Source of the DNA: Gordius albopunctatus
Taxonomy: Eukaryota
Length of the DNA stretch: 64,000 nucleotides
Reading direction: 5' to 3'
NCBI GenBank assembly: GCA_964276515.1
Contig: OZ193909.1
Coordinates: 15,438,001 to 15,502,000, forward strand
Shown: positions 32,201-41,574 of the stretch, in pieces
Layout of the letters: every line of letters begins with the position of its first letter
Position numbering within the stretch: the stretch's first letter is position 1
The notes under the pieces: generated by a model
Told to the model about the DNA's origin: nothing
The model's input: only the letters and a program-made list of their open reading frames with translations
Database searches by the model: none
Position numbers and translations under genes: made by a program

Positions 32201-32919
32201 TTTTTCACTTTTTTCAGTGTCCTTTAAAAAGGGATTGACAGGAGATATGGCATTTTCAGAACCATTAAACATTATCTCTTGAGATAAACCTTAAAAAGTA
32301 AAATTAGTAACACTCTTACTATGTACCTTGTAATACTAAAACTTTGAAAGGTATTCGAACAAAGCTTACAGGGGAGGAAAGATATTGAGCTGATATTGTT
32401 AGCTTATAGGCATATTTACATATTATCCCCCTATAAGATGGAAATGCTTCAAATGGAATAGCCTCTTCATATATAACTACACAAATAATAATATAGATAT
32501 CAGTCTTGTTAATTACATTTATATTTTTGTCCATATTCTATTACTAAATCACAAACAAGAATTTTGGGCTTTGATGCATAAACACAAATTCCCTTTTCAC
32601 CTATTAACGTTCTTAGTGCAAAATTCTATTAATACCATAATTAGGTACAAGTGAAGTTAAGCCAAGTTTGGGGAGTTGTTTTTCGTTTTTACTAGTAAAT
32701 TTAACTTTATCATGGTTAAATGTACATTCACAATGGATCTGGGAACAAGCCCATGCTAGAGTTGTTAATCTTTTAAAAGATGAAAACATTACCAACTACA
32801 TCGTACTTATTTTGATCTTTAGAATCATCTGGGGGTTTTAGTTGGAAAACAATTTCAGCAATTAAAGTCTCTCCATTAAGGTAATAAGTCCCTTTAAGGA
32901 GATCCACTGATATATGCAT
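29250..32919 (-). CDS. RGP1: RAB6A-GEF complex partner protein 2 (RGP1)
   Basis: Exons 32919-32807, 32769-32636, 32600-32517, 32476-32327, 32289-32143, 31345-31218, 30829-30622, 29593-29250. Peptides match recalled RGP1 motifs: LAWACSQIHC, GEKGICVYASKPKILVCDL, PSYRGIICKYAYKLTI, KTFYKLGE, WKIHFEF, VETMTWDLPIKIFPTNP. Confidence 0.92.
29890..30560 (+). mobile_element. Decayed RTE-clade non-LTR retrotransposon fragment in the last RGP1 intron
   Basis: Purine-rich stretch translating, with stops and frameshifts, to KELW*WDQSV...KVWQK...AKRAAEKAV, like the RTE linker (KETWWWNEEV...AKKAAKKAV). Confidence 0.6.
30888..31106. mobile_element. MITE (probably hAT-type)
   Basis: TIR TAGTGTTGTA/TACAACACTA; internal TCGACC motifs; related fragment at about 20417-20515; TSD not clear. 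Confidence 0.6.
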
Positions 32920-33133
32920 AACTATTGTAATTTCAAATAAAAATTTGAAATCCTCCCATATTTAAATCAATGTTTAATTAAAGGCATGATGAAAATTCAA
33001 TCAGTCAAAATTATAAATAAACTATGTATGAACTTAACATATGTTCTCAAAAAATAATAAATCAAAATGGATCTGCACTATGAATATTGGGGACATAAAG
33101 TTAAATCTATTACAAAATACTCTAAACATAATG

Positions 33134-33362
33134 CAGGCGCGTAGCCATGTTTTCTCCCGGGGGGGGGGGGGGGGGAGGGGGGGGAATTTCCAAAAAATTT
33201 TTATAAAATTTTTATCAGCATCAAAATTATAAAATCTGGTATAAAACATAAAGAAACTCATTATAAATAATTAACTTATAAAATATAAACTTAACATCTA
33301 AAATAATTTTTTGTCATAAAAAATCTGGGGGGGGGGGGGGGAATTTCCCGTTTACGCCACTG
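33134..33362. mobile_element. Poly-G hAT-type MITE upstream of RGP1
   Basis: Ends CAGGCGCGTAGCC / TTTACGCCACTG; TSD ACATAATG/ACGTAATG; two long G tracts. Confidence 0.75.
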
Positions 33363-34149
33363 ACGTAATGTAATTTCTATATTATAGATAGTAATAATTC
33401 ACGATGATTTAATTATTTGCAATATTGTAATGATTTTTTGTGGTCTTTATTTGAAAGAGTAATTGCAAAATACTTACGAATCTAATGCAGATGATAAAAA
33501 AATAAAATGATTATAAATTTTACATTAATATTCTAAGCTATTTGTTAGAGATGGTAAAATATACTGTACAGTGGCATTGTTTATATAATTCTTTGACTAG
33601 GTAAAAATAGTACTTATTATCTAAAAAAACGAGTATAAAATAGTGTAAATAAAAAACTATTTTTCAAGAGCCAACAAGCATGTGTCAGATAAAAATTTCT
33701 AATTATATTACAAAATTATAATACCGATTCTTTGATGTAATATATAGTTGAGTGAGTATTTGGTTTCGGGGTCAGACAGCCCGATTAGGTACATCGAGAC
33801 CAGGCAATATAATAGTAATTAGTATCTAGTCAATTGAAGGCTATGTTATTGCCAGATTCTGCTGCTACATGGATTTATGTTTAAAAGGTGTTTAGTGGCA
33901 CTAGGGGCGCAATGTTATGTTATATTGCCCAAGTTAGATCTGCCTGTACAAGGCCGTGTGGTTAACCGTGAATTCGTAATACAATGCAATGGGACTTTGT
34001 TCTAGTGTTTAACTTAAGTCAACCAGCGTAGGGTAGTACGATCGTATTTATAATATTGGCATTTTCGCCGAATAAAAAACATTAAAATCATTATTCACGC
34101 TCATTTATATCGATATAACATTTATAATACACCTTATGATTTTGTTTGT

Positions 34150-36050
34150 GGATACGGATAAAATAAATCAGCATGTTGAAATGTAGACATATTGGCTTTA
34201 AATAGAATTGCTGAAAAGAAGATGATAAAGAGACAAGGTCTAATGGAACTAAAGCCGGTGAGTTAAGAAGGATTCAAGCTATTTTTAAGGTCACCAGACC
34301 AGACAGTAGAAACGGGATCGGCATAATGATTGTTTGGGTGGAAGTCAAAAGATGTTCAGACAGTTTGGTGTGGTTTCAAATGTGCTTAGATCTATCGCAG
34401 ATCAAGTATATAGAAACAGGCAAAAACATATAAATACACAAGAAAATAAGTTAACAGAAATACTAGAGATAAACTTTAAATGTAGGAACAGACTTCAATA
34501 GCCACTGACGAAATTTTATAGGGAATATCATTTAAGGGGAAAGTTTTTCCAAGCCAAGTGGTACATGCATACGTATTAGAGGTCTGCATGGGCCGGGCCG
34601 GGCCTAAAATAGGGCAATAAAAAAGGTGCGGGCCGGGCTTGGGCTTTGATAAGTGAAAAATTTCGAATTTATTTGACTTTATACTATAATTATAAGATGG
34701 AAACAAAAAAATGAAATTATTAGCTTGATGATAAAAAAATTATTTTTCAGAACAATAATGTGGAATTTTTTCTGGCAAAGATTTTATGGAAAAACTTGAA
34801 GGCATTTCCAAAAAACATATCATGCTTAATTAATATGCTTTCACCTTAAGAAAAGGCAAGCGTCGAGTTAGAAGCGGATTAGACACCTTCACTCTATAAA
34901 ATATTACCCTTTTATAAATCATTAAAAACATCCCAAATTTGTTCTCATCTTCTACGTGTAAGGATGATCTTGTTGACTTAGATCTATAAATTGATAAAAA
35001 GAGCCAAAACTATGCTAATTTCAAAGTTTAATATCGATATTTATCATAAAATATCAACCTCTCTTGTTCCTAATTTTTGCACGTTAAAAATGATGCCTGA
35101 ATATGAAAGAAGCTTCGTAAAAACTACGGTAACAAAAATTTTTTTAAGAAATCCATGCAAGATGATCCTTGCTCTTCTAACATAAGTCGTCCACCTATGA
35201 GCAATCCACGTCAGGTAGACTTGTTTTTACATGTGCGGGCCTAATACGGCGGAATTTTTGGATTTTTTTTGCGGGCCGGGTGCGGGACAAAAAATTAATA
35301 TTTGAGCGGGTATGGGCTGGGCCTGAATCTAAAATTTCAGCCCATGCAGACCTGTAATACGCATGGCGATAACCAGAAGGAATATCATATTATAGAAGTA
35401 AAAATATTTTCAGCAAATTGATTACTTGCTCATAAGACGAGAAAATTTAGAGGATTAAATATCGCAAGGTAATGACGAGAAAGAGAGTGGAACAACGAAT
35501 GTAAATGAAGCTAAAATTAGATAGAATGATCGAAAGAAAACGTCGACAGGCGATAAATACCACAAGAAAGTTTTTATACTTATAGAAATCAAAAGTTAGA
35601 TTTGGACGTAAACCAAAAATTGGAGAGACTGATGGCAAACTTTAAGGAAAGGAGATACAGTTAATACAAAAAGGAGGCAAGGCTTTGAAAGATAGGCAAC
35701 ATGAGCTAAAAAATATGTCGAAAGAAAGATAACTTTATCAAAGAATTGTTAGGTCTATCGGGAGGCAAGGATTTATAGAAAAGGACTTTCTACTAGCAAA
35801 GAATGCTGCCTACACTGAGATAACATATTTCAGATTTAATGATAAAGGGGCGACAAGCTAATGTAAAAAGTAGCCAAGGTAAAAAGATGTCGGAATGTCA
35901 CAATTAAAAGAAAAGTAATGGAGAAGTTACTTAATTGACCAGATGGATCCTCTTGAACAATATATTTGCAAGTAAAGCCATTTGTCCAATGGTGAGTAAG
36001 TGCGACAATAGGGAAGACCGGGGTTACTTTTATCTTTCGAATTATCAAAC
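34150..36050 (+). mobile_element. Decayed RTE-clade LINE (APE endonuclease region onward), interrupted by a MITE
   Basis: Broken-frame peptides VDILAL, EGFKLF, DSRNGIGIMI, VEVKRCSD, QIDYLLIRRE, KELLGLSG, typical of RTE/BovB-like ORFs. Confidence 0.65.
34577..35356. mobile_element. hAT-type MITE nested in the RTE remnant
   Basis: TIR TAGAGGTCTGCATGGG / CCCATGCAGACCTGTA; TSD ATACGTAT/ATACGCAT; CGGGC arrays. Confidence 0.85.
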
Positions 36051-36599
36051 AACATTAAAATTTTAACTTTATGTGGATTTTGTAATTGGGTATAAGTAGA
36101 AATTATTTGTTTTCGACCAGAAAGCATTTTAAAATTTTCGACCCAAACCCGACCCGACGTAATTTTGAAGAGAAATAAATTATGATTATATTTTATATTA
36201 TTAAAAGACCTTTCCCGTAGAGTCCGTCTTTTATGGGTACAAAGGTCATGGTTGCCATCTTGACCCAATTTGTAATTGTAATGGGTAAAATATAACCATA
36301 TTAAGTTTGTAATGTTTTATATAATAAAATAATTGTTTTATGAAAAATTGTGACAACATTAAAGCTATTCTATCTCCTTGCTTCGGGCACTTTTAGAATT
36401 TCAAGGATTTTGTTTTTTACCTAAATTTAAGGAAAAACTTGATAAATGGCAATTATTAAATTTCTTTTTTTCCTATTAGTATAAATACACCTTATTATAT
36501 ATTTCAACAGAAAATTTTAAAAAATAAATATTAGTTCTTTCTAAAACGCGATTTAATTTTTTATGACTATTTATCCCCGGTCTCGCTCAGAAAGATCCC

Positions 36600-36990
36600 G
36601 ACGTAACACTAGATGGAAGAAACTTGTCAAAACAAACCCCAAAACTTGGCAATATTACTTGAATGAGAAGAAAAGGAAGCAATTCGATTATTCAGGTATA
36701 AAGCTAATATATTCCGCTCACCAATATAAGAAATCTTAATTTATTTTTAAACGCTTACCAGGGATTAGTAATCGCCATAGATAGATTACTGAGAGGACTT
36801 AAGGCGTTGCAGTCTCTTGATTTTTCTCCATTCGATAATGGTTAATCTAGGGTACTTAAATGAATTAATTTCTGTTTTATACATGAACAAGAAATATTTA
36901 TTAAATATATGTTTTTATATCGCAATATTTAATGATACGAATTTGAGAGTAGAGTAACCTCAAGGGTTAAGTCTAAATAGGCATTTTTGA
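36600..36990 (+). mobile_element. Possible Tc1/mariner transposase remnant
   Basis: About 36808-36840 reads QSLDFSPFDN, resembling the SPDLxPxD motif, followed by a GYL-like segment. Heavily decayed. Confidence 0.3.
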
Positions 36991-37191
36991 TAAACCTATA
37001 TTTTATAATTAATCAAACATTCTTTAAAATATCTGTTTTGAATGGTCATATAAAATTCAGGGAAGATATGCCATGGAGCTCATCTAATAATCGGAAAGCG
37101 AAAATGCTGTATTATATTTACAAAATTTACATGTAGTTTATTACTTATTACAACCAGGAATACTACAATTTTTGATAAACTGAACTATAAA

Positions 37192-37344
37192 CATAGGCGT
37201 AGCCAGGGGGGGGGGCAGGGGGGTGACAAAAAAATTCAATTCTAAAGCCCTTAAAAATTTAAAAAATTTATGTTTTGCATCCCTCACCTAATTGAACTTA
37301 AAACATCCCCCCCCCCCCTAATCCAAAACCTGGTTACGCCTATG
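37192..37344. mobile_element. Poly-G/poly-C hAT-type MITE
   Basis: TIR CATAGGCGTAGCCAGG / CCTGGTTACGCCTATG; flanks ACTATAAA/AACATAAA. Confidence 0.8.
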
Positions 37345-37601
37345 AACATAAATTTTATATAAAAGGATCCCGCCCAACAAACGGATCATAAATGGCTAGT
37401 TGCAGTTGTACTATATAATATAACTTTATTAATATAATAAGCATTTAAATTTAAAATATCTTTAAACAAATTAACCGCAATACTTTATATGTAAATTCAC
37501 TAAATTCTTACTCAGATCCGTTTTCCTTATGAAGCTTTTAAGTATTTAACATTTTTGTAAAACATATAAGCTATATATTTATCATTAAAAATTTCGATTG
37601 T

Positions 37602-37729
37602 TATAGCGTACTCAATTTAAATGTTTATTCAAAATTGATCATATGTTCAATATATATATTGTATGCACTAGGAATACCGAACATACCATATAATAATACG
37701 ATGTATCTTTCGTTAATACAAATATTACA
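37602..37729 (-). repeat. 3' LTR (128 bp)
   Basis: Identical to the rejoined 5' LTR except G37679 vs A44359. On the minus strand it is preceded by the PPT GAAAGGGAGAAA (37741-37730) and contains TATATATA and AATAAA. Confidence 0.9.
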
Positions 37730-37741
37730 TTTCTCCCTTTC

Positions 37742-39772
37742 TTAAAAGTTAAATTCATCGTGGAATCGTACCGGTGGTTTTAATATTCTTGTTGGACGTC
37801 GCAATATATGGGGATTTTCAACTCCTTCTATGTTTTGTTCCAAACCTGTTGTCGCAGTCTCTAAACTTGGCATAAACTGTGATCGCAGCCTAAACTTCAT
37901 TTGATCAGCATGTTTTCTTTTGATTCCACCGTCTGTCCGGACATTATAGGAATATTGGCCCTTCCGTTCTCCAATAATACCTTTGTACCATCCCGGCTTC
38001 ATTTCGTTGTGAATCCATACTGGATCTCCAACCTCAAATTCTCTATAACATATTTTCTGATCATGATATGTTTTCTGCTTCCATATCTTCTCCCTTATTA
38101 CGTTTCTTAAATCCGGCTTTATTAAATCCAGTGCGGTTTGTAATCTCCTTCCTAAAAGTAATTCGGATGGGGTTTTTCCCGTCGTCGCTTGAGGAGAGTT
38201 TCTGTAACTTATCAAGACCTGTTGGAGACAAAGTTCTTTGTTCCAAGTCTGTTTTCTCGCCGCATAATATCTTGTTTTTAACGTCCTTATCATCCTTTCG
38301 GCCTGCCCATTGGTTTTAGGATGAAATGGAGTCGATTTTATGTGAGTAATATTATTTGAAACACAGAATTTGGAAAATTCTTGTCCAGCAAATTGTGGCC
38401 CATTGTCTGACACAATCTGCGTCGGGATTCCAAATCTACAGAACCAATTCCGTAGATGATTGATTACGACCGATGTTGTTGTCGAAGTTATCGTTGCTAC
38501 CTCAACCCATTTCGAGAATGAGTCTATTAGTACCAACCACCATTTTCCTTCTATTGGACCCACTATATCAATGTGCAAACGGTCCCACACACGATCAGGT
38601 AAATTCCAAGGATAGAGCGGTACCTGTTTTTCTGAAGGTCGCACTTCTTGACATCCTTCGCATGATTTTACATGTCTGTCAATGTCTTCATCCATTCTCG
38701 GCCAATAAACATAATAGCGACAAACACTTCGCATCCCCGTAATTCCTGGATGTCCTTGATGTAAAATCCTAAGAACCAAATTCTGTAAAGATTTTGGAAT
38801 GATCAACCTATTTCCTAAGAATAATAGTCCACTCTCGTACGAAATCTCTTCACGTTTATTGAAATATCCTTTTATGTCTAACTGAAATCTGGACATGTCT
38901 ATGCGCCAATTTCGCTCAATAGCACGAATTAATTCCAGACAACTACGATCTGTCTTTATTGCATTTTTAATCATTTCTCTATTCAGTGTTAAGTCCTCTA
39001 TCATTAATAACCCGACATTGTTTATTTTGGCATCGTCACCATCTACGTGGGTAGTCAATCTAGACAGAGCATCTGCACATTTGTTGTCTTTACCCATACG
39101 GTATTTAATTTCATATTGATATGAATTTAATAATAAAGCCCAACGCACCAGCCTGTTATTAACCATTTTGGGTAGATCCCTTTTACAACCGAAAATTCTT
39201 TCTAACGGTTTGTGGTCCGTTGTTAACGTAAATTTTCGTCCTCTGAGATACTGATTAAATTTTTCAATTCCAAAAATTATGGCTCTAGCTTCACGGTCAA
39301 TCGTCGAATATTGTTTTTCTGATTGGCTCAACGTTCTAGAAGCATAAGCTATGGGCCTTTCAGATTTGTCGGGAAAAACATGAGATATCACGGCGCCTAC
39401 ACCTGTCTCGGACGCATCAACTGCAAGATTAACTGGTAACGTTGTACTATACGGTACTAAGGTGTCAGAAGATGAGAGCATCAACTTAACTTCATCAAAA
39501 ATTTTCTGTTCCTGAATTGTCCATCTCCACATTATGGTAGAACCAGTTAAGGCATGTAGTGGAGCACATTTTTCATGTAATCGCGGAATAAAACGTTCCT
39601 GATAATTCACAAGGCCTAAAAATGAGCGTAGCTCCTTTTTATTTTCTGGTAACTTGAAATTTTTAATTGCCTCAATGCGTTCTTCCGTAGGGTGGATACC
39701 TGTCGAATCAATTTTATGTCCTAGATAGGTAACTGAGTTTTGGAAAAATTTGACTTTTTCCTTTTTTGCTTT
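37742..39772 (-). pseudogene. pol: pol 3' part: RT C-terminus, RNase H, integrase (frameshifted from the upstream ORF)
   Basis: The frame extends upstream of the listed ORF as KAKKEKVKFFQNSVTYLGHKID. RNase H VDASETGVGAV...EARAIIFG...TDHKPL; integrase zinc finger LHQGHPG...CEGC; catalytic core HIDIVGP...SDNGPQF...NGQAERMIRTLK. Confidence 0.9.
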
Positions 39773-41493
39773 GTTAGGACCTCGTTTAGATTTTTCAAAT
39801 GGTCATCTTGATTTAACCCAGTGACTATAATATCATCTAACAGTACCCCAGTGTGCGGAATTCCATTTAACAACTCTTCCATATATCTTTGAAATAAGTT
39901 GGGCGCCGTCGCTAATCCAAAAGGTAATCTTTTATATTGAAAATGCCCTATGTGCGTAGCGATTGTAAGCATATGTCTGCAATCTTCGTCTACCACCATT
40001 TGCAAATAGGCATCACGCAGATCAATTATTGTATACTTTTCCCCACCAGCTATTTTTGTGATAAGGTCGTCAAACGTTGGTAACATATGGTTGTTTGTAT
40101 TCAAGTATGGGTTCAATGTTACCCTAAAATCACCGCAAATGCGTATGGCTCCATTACTCTTTATTACATTAACTGTGGGTGTAATCCATTTTATTTCATT
40201 CATAGAAGGGTCAACACGTTTAATAATGTCTTCATTTAACAATCTTTTTAATTCCATTTCTACTTTCTGTCTTAAAGGAAATGGTACCCTTCTGGTTTGT
40301 AATGCAATAGGTTGGGCCCCTTCATTTAGGAAAATTTTGACTTTATAATTTTTTGTTATACCTGGGCCATCACTGAATACAGCCTCATATTGTTTAAGTA
40401 ATTTAGTAACAATGTCATCTTGAATTTTATTTATTTTTACCACTTCTGGAAGATCAAGTTGGAAGGCTTTAATCCAATCCAGACCAAATATTGGACCTTC
40501 ATTAGCAGTTGTCACAAATACTGGTAATTTTAACACCTTCACCCCCAGTTGTACATTTACAGTAGTTTTACCTAATATTGGTATGGGGTGATCTCCAAAA
40601 GATTTTAACTTTGGGCAATGTTCCAGGCTAGGATTCTGAATCAAATTGTAAATTGCCTGGTTAATTATAGACACTGCAGCCCCTGTATCAAATAACATGT
40701 TGCAAGTTATTTCATTTATATTTACCTTAATATAAGGCTTTAAATTTTTAACTGTGTTCACCATATTTACATTTCTTGTGTGACAGAATTTTGAAAAATG
40801 ACCCTTTTTCTGACAGATAAAACATTGTTTGTAAAACGCAGGGCATTTCTTTGGTTCATGATGTTTGCCACACCTAGAACAATTGTGATGTTGTTGTTTC
40901 ACATAATGTTGTTGTTTAGTTTTTGGCTTATACCTTGGATTTATAGCATCAATTTCGTAAGTTATGACTTCTTTCTTGGCCAACTCCATGGCTTCAGCTA
41001 TCTTGTATATCTCTTCAAATGTTATTGTATTGCCATTTGAATCTGTAGCCTCAGGCCATCGTGTTCTTACTTCTATTTCAAAAGTTTTGTTTTGGATCCC
41101 GTGTAACATCTGGTCCCTGAGATGTTCATCTAGGTTAGTAGCAAAATTACATTCTTCTGCTATTGTCTTAAGTCTATTAGAATAATCCTTTATTGCTTCT
41201 CCCTCCTGTTTAATACATCTTATAAAATTTAACCTGTTTTGGAATATTGTTCTTTTAATTTGAAAAACTTTCTTGATTGCATCAATTAATTCCTTATAGG
41301 TGAGGATGGTAATATCCTTAGGATATAAATAAGATCTAATCTTTTCAATATTGCTTTGGCCCATATATGCCAGGATCAATGTGGTTGCTTTTTCCTTTAG
41401 ATCGGTAATGTTCCTAGCTTTGAATATATTATCTAATGTGAACAAATATGATTCTATCTTATCTGAAGGGTTGTAGCTAGGAATAGATTCCAT
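39721..41493 (-). CDS. gag-pol: gag-protease-RT polyprotein 5' part (590 aa, truncated by frameshift)
   Basis: Twin zinc knuckles CSRCGKHHEPKKC-PA-CFICQKKGHFSKFC (Mag type); protease FDTGAAVSII; RT motifs IRICGDFR, IDLRDAYLQM, RLPFGLATAPNLFQR, LLDDIIVTG. Confidence 0.9.
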   Translation of the reverse strand: MESIPSYNPSDKIESYLFTLDNIFKARNITDLKEKATTLILAYMGQSNIEKIRSYLYPKDITILTYKELIDAIKKVFQIKRTIFQNRLNFIRCIKQEGEAIKDYSNRLKTIAEECNFATNLDEHLRDQMLHGIQNKTFEIEVRTRWPEATDSNGNTITFEEIYKIAEAMELAKKEVITYEIDAINPRYKPKTKQQHYVKQQHHNCSRCGKHHEPKKCPAFYKQCFICQKKGHFSKFCHTRNVNMVNTVKNLKPYIKVNINEITCNMLFDTGAAVSIINQAIYNLIQNPSLEHCPKLKSFGDHPIPILGKTTVNVQLGVKVLKLPVFVTTANEGPIFGLDWIKAFQLDLPEVVKINKIQDDIVTKLLKQYEAVFSDGPGITKNYKVKIFLNEGAQPIALQTRRVPFPLRQKVEMELKRLLNEDIIKRVDPSMNEIKWITPTVNVIKSNGAIRICGDFRVTLNPYLNTNNHMLPTFDDLITKIAGGEKYTIIDLRDAYLQMVVDEDCRHMLTIATHIGHFQYKRLPFGLATAPNLFQRYMEELLNGIPHTGVLLDDIIVTGLNQDDHLKNLNEVLTKQKRKKSNFSKTQLPI

Positions 41494-41504
41494 GATCTTT
41501 TTAG

Positions 41505-41522
41505 ATCCTGTCGATCGCGCCA
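41505..41522 (-). promoter_or_regulatory. Primer-binding site, probably tRNA-Ser
   Basis: TGGCGCGATCGACAGGAT begins 3 nt after the 5' LTR. Its complement ATCCTGTCGATCGCGCCA resembles the recalled 3' end of animal tRNA-Ser (ATCCTGCCGACTGCGCCA). Confidence 0.7.
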
Positions 41523-41574
41523 GAATATAGCGTACTCAATTTAAATGTTTATTCAAAATTGATCATATGTTCAA

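Noticed and set aside
33761..33808. HDV-like ribozyme upstream of the RTE remnant (GGTTTCG/CGAGACC stem followed by AGGCAA)
   Set aside because: A P1-like stem exists, but no P3/L3 or P2 of the nested double pseudoknot can be built.
37599..37601. Canonical TG...CA LTR boundary at 37599
   Set aside because: These bases are not shared with the 5' LTR and belong to the ATTGT TSD.
39721..39790. Programmed ribosomal frameshift at A-rich runs
   Set aside because: It lies inside RT and conserved residues are missing, so a deletion explains it better.
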